NCBI GenBank assembly: GCA_024276495.1
Contig: JAJRXC010000073.1
Location: 18,360 to 82,359, forward strand
From: Actinomycetes bacterium
Lineage (GTDB): Bacteria > Actinomycetota > Acidimicrobiia > Acidimicrobiales > Aldehydirespiratoraceae
Direction of reading: 5' to 3'
DNA length: 64,000 bases
In this document: positions 10,506 through 18,596 of the stretch, piece after piece
Layout: each line of letters begins with the position of its first letter
How positions within the stretch are numbered: position 1 is the first letter of the stretch
The notes under the pieces: model-generated
Told to the model about the DNA's origin: nothing
Seen by the model: the letters and a program-made list of their open reading frames with translations, nothing else
The model's database searches: none
Position numbers and translations under genes: made by a program

Positions 10506-10591
10506 GGCCAGGAACGTACCAAAGCGACGGTCGACGGGCGACCCCCGCGGCGCATCCTCAAGACGAGCCCCGGCCGGCCGACGTCAACGAC

Positions 10592-12421
10592 ATGCGTTCC
10601 CTTCGCCGGTCGGCCCTCGTCACCGGTGCCGTCTACCTGACATGGCGACTTCTCTTCACGTGGCAAGGCGCCGACCCGATCCTTTTCTTCTTGCTGCTCA
10701 GCGCCGAGGCGTTCGGATTCCTCCGCCTCCACATGGAGACGTCGATGCTCGGCGATCCTCGACCCGTCATCCGCACGCCCGAGAGGACCCCGGCCCCCGA
10801 TGCCGACGTGATCGTCGTCGTCACCGACGAGCCGGCCAGCGAGGTTCGAGCCGCGGTCCTCTCCGACCGCCTCATCTCGGGCTACACCAATCTGCGAATC
10901 GTCGACCGCGACGACCGCCCCGACGTCGCCCAACTGGCGGCCCGGCTCGAGCTGGTACGGATCGTCGGCGGCGCGAACGCCGACCTCGGCGCGCTCATCG
11001 ACGTCGCGATCGACCAATGCACCTCGCGGCTCACCCTCCTCGTGCCCGCCGACGTCGTCGTGCTCCCTGACGTCCTCGAAGTCACCGCCGGCGCGTTCGA
11101 GGACCCCGAAGTGGGCGTCGTCGCCTGCCGGATCGAGCACACCAATGCCCTGCGAACCGTCGACTACGGCGGCTACGGCGAACACCGGCGACGAGACGAG
11201 CTCATGCGCCCGACCCTCGACGACGCCGGAGTGCTGCCCTGGTGGCCGGGCATGGCCGTCGTCCGCCGCCGCGCGATCGAAGAGATCGAGGGAATGAGCC
11301 GCGGCCGCCAAGGCGTCACCCTCTCCACCGGCGTCCGGCTGCAGGCCGCGGGATGGAAGATCGCCGACGTGCCGGTGCTCGTCGCCCGTCGACTGGCGCC
11401 GTGGAACGACGACCGTCACCTCCACCGCTGGGCCCGCGACCTCCACGAACGACTCTCGGTCCTCGTCGACAAGGACGCGCCCCGTCGCGGCCCCCACACC
11501 TCCCGCCTCGGTCGTCGCGCCTACCGAATCGCCGACCTCCACATCGGTCGGAGCATCCAGCGCCTCGTGCTGATCGGCACCCTCTTCACGGTCATGTTCT
11601 CGCCGGCGTTGCCGATGGTCGCCGACCCGTTCGTCCTCGTCCCCCTCTGGGGCACCTGGATGGCGTCATCGGTGCTCTACCGTCGGGCCGCCCAAGCCCC
11701 CATCGGATTCCTACCGTGGTTCAGCAACGACCTCCGCTTGCTCGCCACCGACCTCGTCGTGGCGGCACGGGCCCTTCCGGGAAAACCCCTCGGGATCGAC
11801 CTCGTCGACCCGGCCCCGGGCCGGCTGGTCCGCACGATCCTGCTCGGTGGGCTCCAAGCCGCCCTCGCGCTCAGCCTCGCCGTGTTCGGGATGGGAATCG
11901 TCCGGCCCCCGCACGACGACTTCGCGACGCTCACCGTGCTGGCGATCGCGGCCTGGCTGCTGGCCATGACCTTCCAGGCCCGCGCCGCGTTGAAGCTCCA
12001 CCAGATGCGCCAGAACTTCCGGACCACCCACGACCTCGAGGTGCTCGCCGCCGACGGCCGAATGGGCATCGTCGGCGTGTCACCGTTCGGCCTCGACGTC
12101 ATCTCGGCCGAGCCCCTCTCGGTCGGCCAGAAGGTCCGCGTCGCCTTCGCTCTCCCCCGAGTCGACGGCCGCACCCTCCGATTCGACTGTCCGACCGCCG
12201 TTCGCCGGTCGTCACGAAACGGCCGCCACCACGTCGCCTACCTCCGATTCGCCCACCTCAGCGACCTCGAAGTCGACCAGCTCACCGAATACTGCGCCGT
12301 CGTCGCCGGACGCCGGGAGCTCCGCGACCCCCGCCCGGGCGAACCCGAAACCCTCGTTCCCATCATCGGGACCCTGGTGAAGCCCCGAGCAGCCCGAATC
12401 GAAGTCGCAGACCAGCCATAG
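10592..12421 (+). CDS. BcsA-like family-2 glycosyltransferase fold with C-terminal PilZ domain (catalytic motifs apparently degenerate)
   Basis: N-terminal TM helices and a GT2-like core (DVIVVVTDEP, VVRRRAIEEIEG, HLHRWARD aligning to QxxRW). More TM helices follow, then PilZ motifs RQNFR (RxxxR) and VSPFG (xSxxG). Confidence 0.8.
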   Translation: MRSLRRSALVTGAVYLTWRLLFTWQGADPILFFLLLSAEAFGFLRLHMETSMLGDPRPVIRTPERTPAPDADVIVVVTDEPASEVRAAVLSDRLISGYTNLRIVDRDDRPDVAQLAARLELVRIVGGANADLGALIDVAIDQCTSRLTLLVPADVVVLPDVLEVTAGAFEDPEVGVVACRIEHTNALRTVDYGGYGEHRRRDELMRPTLDDAGVLPWWPGMAVVRRRAIEEIEGMSRGRQGVTLSTGVRLQAAGWKIADVPVLVARRLAPWNDDRHLHRWARDLHERLSVLVDKDAPRRGPHTSRLGRRAYRIADLHIGRSIQRLVLIGTLFTVMFSPALPMVADPFVLVPLWGTWMASSVLYRRAAQAPIGFLPWFSNDLRLLATDLVVAARALPGKPLGIDLVDPAPGRLVRTILLGGLQAALALSLAVFGMGIVRPPHDDFATLTVLAIAAWLLAMTFQARAALKLHQMRQNFRTTHDLEVLAADGRMGIVGVSPFGLDVISAEPLSVGQKVRVAFALPRVDGRTLRFDCPTAVRRSSRNGRHHVAYLRFAHLSDLEVDQLTEYCAVVAGRRELRDPRPGEPETLVPIIGTLVKPRAARIEVADQP

Positions 12422-12445
12422 CCGGATAGTCTTTTTCTCGTCCAA

Positions 12446-12528
12446 GGGTCGGTGCCCGAGCGGCCAAAGGGAACGGGCTGTAAACCCGTCGGCTTTCGCC
12501 TACGAAGGTTCGAATCCTTCTCGGCCCA
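12446..12528 (+). tRNA. tRNA-Tyr (GTA), long variable arm
   Basis: The cloverleaf folds by hand. Acceptor GGGTCGG/TCGGCCC, anticodon loop CTGTAAA, T-arm GAAGGTTCGAATCCTTC. The D-arm is identical to that of E. coli tRNA-Tyr. CCA is not encoded. Confidence 0.92.
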
Positions 12529-12536
12529 CACGGACC

Positions 12537-12567
12537 AGAGGCCCGGCGATCCGCTCGCCGGGCCTCT
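12537..12567. terminator. 13-bp perfect hairpin between tRNA-Tyr and the convergent GNAT gene
   Basis: AGAGGCCCGGCGA-tccgc-TCGCCGGGCCTCT. No clear U-tract, which is common in actinobacterial terminators. Confidence 0.5.
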
Positions 12568-12601
12568 CCCGTTCTCCCACGAGTCTCGCCGTGCATCTGG
12601 C

Positions 12602-13093
12602 TCACGCCAGCATGCGCTGCATCACGACCACGTCGAGCCATCGGCCGAACTTGCGACCCACCTCGCGTTCGGTGCCCACGACCTTGAAGCCGCAGGCGTG
12701 ATGCAGCCCGATGCTCGGCTCGTGACCGCCCACGATGTGGGCCACGATCGTGTGGAACCCCCGCTGGGTGGCGACCACGATCAGCTCGTCCATCAAGGCC
12801 CGACCGACACCGAGCCCCCGAGCCGACTCGTCGACATACACGCTGTTCTCCACGGTGGTGCGATACGCCGCGCGCGGCCGGTACGGCGACAACGACGCGA
12901 ACCCGACCACCCGGCCCTCGAGCTCGGCCACCAGCACACCCCGGGCACCCTCCCGGTCGGCGATCCACTCCCGCTGCTCCTCGAGCGACCGCGGTTCGAG
13001 GTCGAACGTGTGCGTCGTCTCGAGAACCTCCCGGTTGTAGATCGCCCGCATCGCCTCGGCGTCGTCGATGGTGGCGAGCCGGATCTCCATCAC
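12602..13093 (-). CDS. GNAT N-acetyltransferase (phosphinothricin acetyltransferase-like)
   Basis: 163 aa, IRLATIDDAEAMRAIYN...SVYVDESARGLGVGRALM...GFHTIVA, the PAT-type GNAT pattern. Confidence 0.85.
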   Translation of the reverse strand: MMEIRLATIDDAEAMRAIYNREVLETTHTFDLEPRSLEEQREWIADREGARGVLVAELEGRVVGFASLSPYRPRAAYRTTVENSVYVDESARGLGVGRALMDELIVVATQRGFHTIVAHIVGGHEPSIGLHHACGFKVVGTEREVGRKFGRWLDVVVMQRMLA

Positions 13094-13207
13094 GAGACCT
13101 CGGCGGCGGGCGCTCGGTTCGAAAAGGACATGGGGACCTCGATCCGGCGGTACGGGACGAGGCGAATCTATCTCCGTGCCGTCTCCGTCTCCGTGCTTTG
13201 ATGGCGT

Positions 13208-13576
13208 ATGTCGCGAAACGTGTTGGGTGGCGAACTGGTCGAGTGCGGAAACGATCCGGTCACGGGCTTCTTCCGCGACGGCTGCTGCAACACATCGGAA
13301 GCCGACGTCGGATCACACACCGTGTGCGCCACCGTCACCGCCCGCTTCCTCGAGTTCTCCAAAGCCGCCGGAAACGACCTGTCCACGCCGCGCCCCGAAT
13401 GGGGGTTCGCCGGGCTGCGGCCCGGCGACGGATGGTGCGTCTGCGCCGCACGATGGCTCGAGGCGGCCCTCGCGGGTGCCGTGGCGCCGGTCCGGCTCAC
13501 GGCGACCCACGAGCGGGCGCTGGAGGTCGTGCCCCTGCAGATGTTGCGAGCCCACGCGGTCGACTCGGAGAACTGA
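13208..13576 (+). CDS. DUF2237 family protein
   Basis: 122 aa, NVLGGELVECGNDPVTGFFRDGCCNT...HTVCA...GDGWCVCAARW, characteristic of DUF2237. Confidence 0.8.
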   Translation: MSRNVLGGELVECGNDPVTGFFRDGCCNTSEADVGSHTVCATVTARFLEFSKAAGNDLSTPRPEWGFAGLRPGDGWCVCAARWLEAALAGAVAPVRLTATHERALEVVPLQMLRAHAVDSEN

Positions 13577-13604
13577 TCCGAACGACGCAGGCCCGGACGC
13601 GTCG

Positions 13605-14642
13605 TCAGGCCCCGGCGACGTCGCGGGCCACGTCGGCCCAGCGATCGAGGACGTCGGGACGGGTCTTCAGCTGACTCGACGCCGAATAGGTCATCAGTCG
13701 TGTACGCGGGGCGACATCTCGGTACCGCTCGACGAGGTTTGCCCCCAACGTCGACCATGATCCGGAGACGGTGTAGTGATCGAGGATGTCGTCGGTGATC
13801 AGGCCGACCATCGCGGCCAGATCCCCCTCGCGTTGACGGGCGTGGAGCTGCTCGGAGAGCCCCTCGAAGCCGTGGGTCTCGAAGACCGCCGCGTAGGTTC
13901 GGGTCGAACCGTAGAAGGCGATCATCTGGCGGGCATGCTCCCGGCTCTCAGCCAGCTCTTCGTCGGTGTCGCCCACCGGTGTCATCACCGGGATCTCGAA
14001 GGTGATGTCGTCGAGGCTGCGCCCGGACCGGGCCGCGCCGGCCTCGATGTGGGGCCGCTGTTGCTCGACGATGTAGGTGGGGGAGTTGAACGGGTGGATG
14101 TGGACCCCGTCGCAGATCTCGCCCGCCATCCGGCTCATCCAGGGGAGCACGGCGGAGACGAATATCTCGGGATCGGGTGCCTCGATCGGACCCGGCGACC
14201 ATTGGGCCGGGAGCAATGAGAAGGAATAGAAGTCGCCGTCGAACGAGAGCGTCTCCTCTCCCCGAAACGCCCGGAAGATCGCCTGGATCGACTGGACGTA
14301 CTCCTTCATCCGAGGTCCGGGCGGCGCGTACTCCGACGAGTAGCGCCGTTCGATGTGGGCCTTCACCTGGGTTCCCAGACCGAGGGTGAACCGCCCGCCC
14401 GTGGCGTCGGCGAGCTCCCACGCCGTCGCCGCGGTGATCATCGGGCTTCGAGGAAAGGCGACGGCCACCGCGGTGCCGATCCCCAGCCGCTCCGTGGCGA
14501 GTCCGGCCGCCGCGGCCGACAGGTACGCCGTCCGCCCCGACTCGGTGAGCCAGAGGGTCGCCAGGCCGGCGTTCTCGACGGCCTTCGCGTGGCGCTGCAT
14601 CTCGTGCAGCTCCATCGATCCGGACATGATGTCGAGTTTCAT
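13605..14642 (-). CDS. LLM-class (luciferase-like) F420-dependent oxidoreductase
   Basis: 345 aa, luciferase-like TIM-barrel pattern (AENAGLATLWLTE, GIGTAVAVAFPRSPM, RFTLGLGTQVKAHIERRY). Confidence 0.85.
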   Translation of the reverse strand: MKLDIMSGSMELHEMQRHAKAVENAGLATLWLTESGRTAYLSAAAAGLATERLGIGTAVAVAFPRSPMITAATAWELADATGGRFTLGLGTQVKAHIERRYSSEYAPPGPRMKEYVQSIQAIFRAFRGEETLSFDGDFYSFSLLPAQWSPGPIEAPDPEIFVSAVLPWMSRMAGEICDGVHIHPFNSPTYIVEQQRPHIEAGAARSGRSLDDITFEIPVMTPVGDTDEELAESREHARQMIAFYGSTRTYAAVFETHGFEGLSEQLHARQREGDLAAMVGLITDDILDHYTVSGSWSTLGANLVERYRDVAPRTRLMTYSASSQLKTRPDVLDRWADVARDVAGA

Positions 14643-14736
14643 GACGCGCTCCGCGGGTTCGACTGAGCAGTCAACGTACCCGCGCGACCGATGGGGGGCC
14701 TCAAGTCGGCCCGTTCCCCGCCGATGCGAGAGGCAC

Positions 14737-17700
14737 GTGTCCGAAGGGAGCTCCGTGCCTCGCGCGCTCGGTCGTCGAAACCCGGAAACCGATCTCGATG
14801 ATCTGGACGCGCACGATCCGCTTCGGCTGGTCGAGGCGGTCGGCCGGCTGCTGGCCCGGAACCGGGTCGACGATCCGGCGAGGAGTCACGGCCGGGCCCT
14901 TCAGGCCGTCGCCGACTTCTACGGCGCCTCGATGACCGCCGTGTTGCGGTTCGAGGACGATGGGGCCCACGTCGTCGGGATATGGGCGTCCGGGCGTTTC
15001 GAACGTGAACCCCAGATCGTCGTGGGTCACGACCTCCTCGCCGACGATCCGGGATGGCGTTCGAACCGCGAGTACCGGGTGATCGATCCGAGCGACCTCC
15101 GGGCCGACTTCGCCGACCTCCTCAACGAGATCGGGCCCGGCCACACGCTTCGCGTCGCGCCGATCGTCGATCGAGACGAGGTGCGGGGCGCCTTCGTCGT
15201 CCTCGCCCCCGACGCCGAGACCGTCGACCGGCGCGACGTCGTTGCGTTGAAGCTGTGCGGCGAGGTGTTGTGGCGGGCGATTCGTCATCACGAACGCCGC
15301 CGCGAGCTCCAGGAACGAGCCGAGGTCGCCGAGATGCTGGCCGACATCGGCACGGCGCTCCACGAGGCCGGGATCGACGAGGCCCGAGAGATGTTCGACG
15401 ACGTCCTCGCCACGGTGGGGGCCTACATCGGAGCCCACCTGGCCTCGGCCGACCGGATCGTCAGTGACAAGCTCATGCCCGTCGGTCGATGGGTCGCCGA
15501 CGGTTCCCCGCCCGACGAGCGGGAGCGTGAGGTTCCCGCCGACGTCGTCCGCCTGGGCGATGTCGAAGTGGAGGAGTTCAACGAGCTCTGCTCGTCGCCG
15601 TTCGCCCCGGTGCTGGCCAAAGGCATGCGCTCGGGTCTGATCATCGCCGGTCACGAGGGCGGCGGTGTCGCCGGGATCGTCGTGATCGCCCGCCGGGAGA
15701 ACCGGGCCTTTCGTGCGACCCAGGTGGAGCTCGCCGCGGGCGCGGTCCGGCTCCTGTGCCGTTTCCAGCGGCGCATGATCGCCGAGGCCTCCCTGGTCCG
15801 TCGCGGCCTGGTCGACCAGGCCCGGACGGAGATCGCCGAGACCTTCCTGAACTCCTCGGCACCGGAGATCGACACGTCGGTCCACTCCGCGCTCGCCCGC
15901 ATCGGTGCCGTGTTCGGGGCCCGACGCGTGCGCTGGGTCGAGATGGACGACGCGGGCCAGGGCGCGTCGCTGGCCCTTGAATGGCACGACAACAGTTGTT
16001 CCGAGGCCCCCGCCGACTGGGCGTTCGGCGCCGAGCTCAACGATCTCCGGGCCAAAGTGCGCGAACCGATCCTGTTCGACCCGCCGATGGTGGCTGAGCT
16101 GTGCGGCACCCGGAGCCGGTCGTCGACCCTGGTCGTCCCGGCCGTGGTCGGTGACGACGTTCGGGCCGTGCTCACCCTCACCGCCGATTCGATCGGCGAC
16201 GGCATGCCCGAGGACGAACGCCGGTCGTTGACCGACCTGGCCGGTTTGATCCTGCAGGCCCGTCAGCGGGCCCGACAGGAGCAGGAGGTCGAGTACCGCC
16301 AGCGACTCGACGATCTTCAGCTTCGGCTCGCGACCCGGTTTCTCGACCGGGGGGTCGTCGACTTGGGTCCTGTCCTCGACTGGGTGCTGGGAGAGGTGGG
16401 ATCGGTCCTGAACGCGGACCTGATCGGTTTCCTCGAACACCTCGGATCCACCCGGGCCGAGATGCGCTGGTGGACGAAGGACGAGAACGCGGCGCGCGCC
16501 GCCCGTCACATGGATGTGGACAGCGAGGGTTTCGCCCGCTACTTCGACAAGATCCTCCGATCGGGTGAGCCGCGAACGACTCGCAGCCGGCTCATGCCCG
16601 ACGAGATCCGGGCGCGGTCCGAGGAGACCACCGGATCCGAGTTCTCGACGCTGGTCGTGCCCCTGCGGGCGCCGGGCATCGCGCTCATGTTGGGCGTCTC
16701 GGTCTTTCGCGACCACGAGTGGTCGGCCGCGGAGCGGTCGTTCCTCCAGCAGGTGATCGGCCAGATCCGGCAGTTCATCGACGTGGTCGCGAGCCGTGGC
16801 CAGTTGGAACACGACGCGTCGCACGACTCGCTCACCGGTCTGGCGAACCGCCGAAAGCTGACCGAGGAGCTCCGGACGCTGCTCGGCGGCGGCGAGTCGG
16901 GTGCGGTGCTCATGGTCGACGTCGATCGATTCAAGGTCGTCAACGACTCGCTCGGCCACAGTGCCGGCGACGTGGTGCTCGCGACGATCGCCGACCGGAT
17001 CAGCGCCTCGGTCCGCGGTGGTGATCTGGTGTCCCGATTCGGTGGCGACGAGTTCGCGGTGCTGGTCCGGGGAGAGACGAGTGAGCTCGAGCTGGCGGCG
17101 ACCGCTGACCGGCTGATCTCGGTGATTCGCGAGCCGGTGGTCGTCCGAGGGACCACCGTCATCCCGACCTGCAGCGTCGGGATCGCGCTCTCTGGTGTCG
17201 GCGACGACGTGGAGCTCGTGCTCGGGCATGCCGACGCGGCGCTCTACGACGCGAAGGCCAAGGGGCGCGACCGCTACGAGTTCTTCGACGAGGCGCATCG
17301 GAAGTCCCTGCGGGAACGGCTCCACCTCGAGACGGCGCTCCGGCGCGGACTAGTCGGCGACGAGTTCCTTCCCTGGTTCCAACCCGAGTACGACCTGACC
17401 AGCGGTGAGATCGTCGGGGTCGAGGCCCTGGTCCGCTGGGACCATCCCTCCCGCGGGTTGCTGGAGGCGGCGAGGTTCATCGACACGGCGGAAGAGATCG
17501 GTCTCGCCCCGGAGATGAGCCGCCTCGTTCTCGAACGCAGCCTCGAGGCGCTCCGAACGTGGCAGGCGGAGGGCGTCGCGACCCGGGCCCGCGTCAACAT
17601 CGCCGCCGCGCAACTCCAGTCGTGCGAGCTCGTGTCCGAGATCGCCGAGGGTCTCGAGCGGCTCTCGATTCCGGCCGAGATGCTCTGCATCGAGATCACG

Positions 17701-18129
17701 GAACGTTCCTTGATGCTGGACCTCGATACCGCGGTCGACGTGCTCGGCCAGGTCCGGGATCTCGGGGTCGAGGTCGCGGTCGACGACTTCGGCACCGGGT
17801 TCAGCTCGCTCGCCCGCCTCAAGCACCTGCCGGTCGACACGCTCAAGATCGATCGTTCGTTCGTCAACGGGATCGTCTCCTCCGTGACCGACCGGGAGAT
17901 CGTGCGCACCATCATCTGGCTCAGTCGAGGGCTCGGCCTGGGGGTGGTCGCAGAGGGTGTGGAACATCCGGCCCAGGCGGAGATGCTGCTCGAGCTGGGC
18001 TGTCGACGGGCCCAGGGATGGTTGTGGTCCGCGGCCGTCCCCGCGTCGGACGTGCCCCGCCTCGTACGTGACCGAGCGCGCCGATCTTCGACGATGACGG
18101 CGCGGTCGGCGACTTCCCCTACGCTGTGA
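14737..18129 (+). CDS. multi-GAF GGDEF-EAL c-di-GMP turnover protein
   Basis: Long N-terminal GAF-like repeats. GGDEF intact (RFGGDEFAVLV). EAL intact (VEALVRW, CIEITE, DDFGTGFSSL, LKIDRSFV, VAEGVEH). The track start 14353 lies inside the divergent LLM gene. GTG 14737 or GTG 14755 (after GGGAG) are the plausible starts. Confidence 0.88.
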   Translation: MSEGSSVPRALGRRNPETDLDDLDAHDPLRLVEAVGRLLARNRVDDPARSHGRALQAVADFYGASMTAVLRFEDDGAHVVGIWASGRFEREPQIVVGHDLLADDPGWRSNREYRVIDPSDLRADFADLLNEIGPGHTLRVAPIVDRDEVRGAFVVLAPDAETVDRRDVVALKLCGEVLWRAIRHHERRRELQERAEVAEMLADIGTALHEAGIDEAREMFDDVLATVGAYIGAHLASADRIVSDKLMPVGRWVADGSPPDEREREVPADVVRLGDVEVEEFNELCSSPFAPVLAKGMRSGLIIAGHEGGGVAGIVVIARRENRAFRATQVELAAGAVRLLCRFQRRMIAEASLVRRGLVDQARTEIAETFLNSSAPEIDTSVHSALARIGAVFGARRVRWVEMDDAGQGASLALEWHDNSCSEAPADWAFGAELNDLRAKVREPILFDPPMVAELCGTRSRSSTLVVPAVVGDDVRAVLTLTADSIGDGMPEDERRSLTDLAGLILQARQRARQEQEVEYRQRLDDLQLRLATRFLDRGVVDLGPVLDWVLGEVGSVLNADLIGFLEHLGSTRAEMRWWTKDENAARAARHMDVDSEGFARYFDKILRSGEPRTTRSRLMPDEIRARSEETTGSEFSTLVVPLRAPGIALMLGVSVFRDHEWSAAERSFLQQVIGQIRQFIDVVASRGQLEHDASHDSLTGLANRRKLTEELRTLLGGGESGAVLMVDVDRFKVVNDSLGHSAGDVVLATIADRISASVRGGDLVSRFGGDEFAVLVRGETSELELAATADRLISVIREPVVVRGTTVIPTCSVGIALSGVGDDVELVLGHADAALYDAKAKGRDRYEFFDEAHRKSLRERLHLETALRRGLVGDEFLPWFQPEYDLTSGEIVGVEALVRWDHPSRGLLEAARFIDTAEEIGLAPEMSRLVLERSLEALRTWQAEGVATRARVNIAAAQLQSCELVSEIAEGLERLSIPAEMLCIEITERSLMLDLDTAVDVLGQVRDLGVEVAVDDFGTGFSSLARLKHLPVDTLKIDRSFVNGIVSSVTDREIVRTIIWLSRGLGLGVVAEGVEHPAQAEMLLELGCRRAQGWLWSAAVPASDVPRLVRDRARRSSTMTARSATSPTL

Positions 18130-18193
18130 CCGTCCGGTCACGCCGGATGCGATGACCCGACGATGAAGGACAGCGACGATGCAGGAGGGCACC

Positions 18194-18322
18194 GTGGAGC
18201 CGACCGATGTGGAGAACCGGGCCGAAACGACGGCGGACGACATCACCGAGGCCGAGCCGCTCGTCGAGGAAGAACTCCTCGTCGAGGAGATCTCGATCGA
18301 CGGGATGTGCGGCGTCTACTAG
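18194..18322 (+). CDS. mftA: mycofactocin precursor peptide MftA
   Basis: Hand translation gives (M)EPTDVENRAETTADDITEAEPLVEEELLVEEISIDGMCGVY*. The C-terminal IDGMCGVY is the MftA signature. AGGAGG at 18183-18188 sits 5 nt before GTG 18194 (an in-frame ATG at 18179 is an alternative). Not in the supplied ORF track because it is under 60 aa. Confidence 0.85.
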   Translation: MEPTDVENRAETTADDITEAEPLVEEELLVEEISIDGMCGVY

Positions 18323-18326
18323 GGCG

Positions 18327-18596
18327 GTGGAACGCTTCGACTCCTCCCGGCCGTATCGGATCCACGAACGGGTCGCGTTGCGGCCCGAACCGTTCGGGGC
18401 CCTCGCCTACCACTACGGAAACCGACGCCTGAACTTCCTGCGGGCCCCCGAGCTCGTCGCCCTGGTGGAGTCGCTCGGCGACCACGAGAGCCCCCGTGCC
18501 GCGTTCGCCGCGTCCGGCATCGAGTCGCGGCGGTGGCCGTCGTTCGAGAAGGCGTTGGCGTCGCTCGCGGCCTCCGACTTCCTGGTGGCGTCGTGA
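18327..18596 (+). CDS. mftB: mycofactocin biosynthesis peptide chaperone MftB
   Basis: GTG 18327 lies 4 nt after the mftA stop. VALRPEPFGALAYHYGNRRLNFL is the MftB (PqqD-like) motif. About 89 aa. The stop overlaps the mftC start (GTGA). Confidence 0.85.
   Translation: MERFDSSRPYRIHERVALRPEPFGALAYHYGNRRLNFLRAPELVALVESLGDHESPRAAFAASGIESRRWPSFEKALASLAASDFLVAS

Noticed and set aside
12238-12531. 97-aa minus-strand ORF overlapping tRNA-Tyr, and the 44297 start of the secE ORF overlapping tRNA-Trp.
   Set aside because: Both regions fold into complete canonical tRNAs. The ORFs are by-products of open frames. secE has a proper RBS and ATG at 44375.
14353-14736. Upstream part of the 1258-aa ORF as the true N-terminus of the GAF-GGDEF-EAL protein. 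Likewise the track starts 23717 for the oxoprolinase, 37647 for mftF, 38852 for the serine hydrolase, 34031 for the VWA gene and 61318 for the ligase.
   Set aside because: These extensions run through well-supported genes on the other strand or in another frame. They have biased Arg/Pro composition. Internal starts with an RBS or stop-start coupling give N-termini that match the family.
18163-18432. Track ORFs 18163-18432 and 18207-18596 as single genes spanning the mftA/mftB region.
   Set aside because: Their N-terminal parts are Arg-rich out-of-frame readings across mftA. The conserved MftB sequence begins at GTG 18327, right after the mftA stop.
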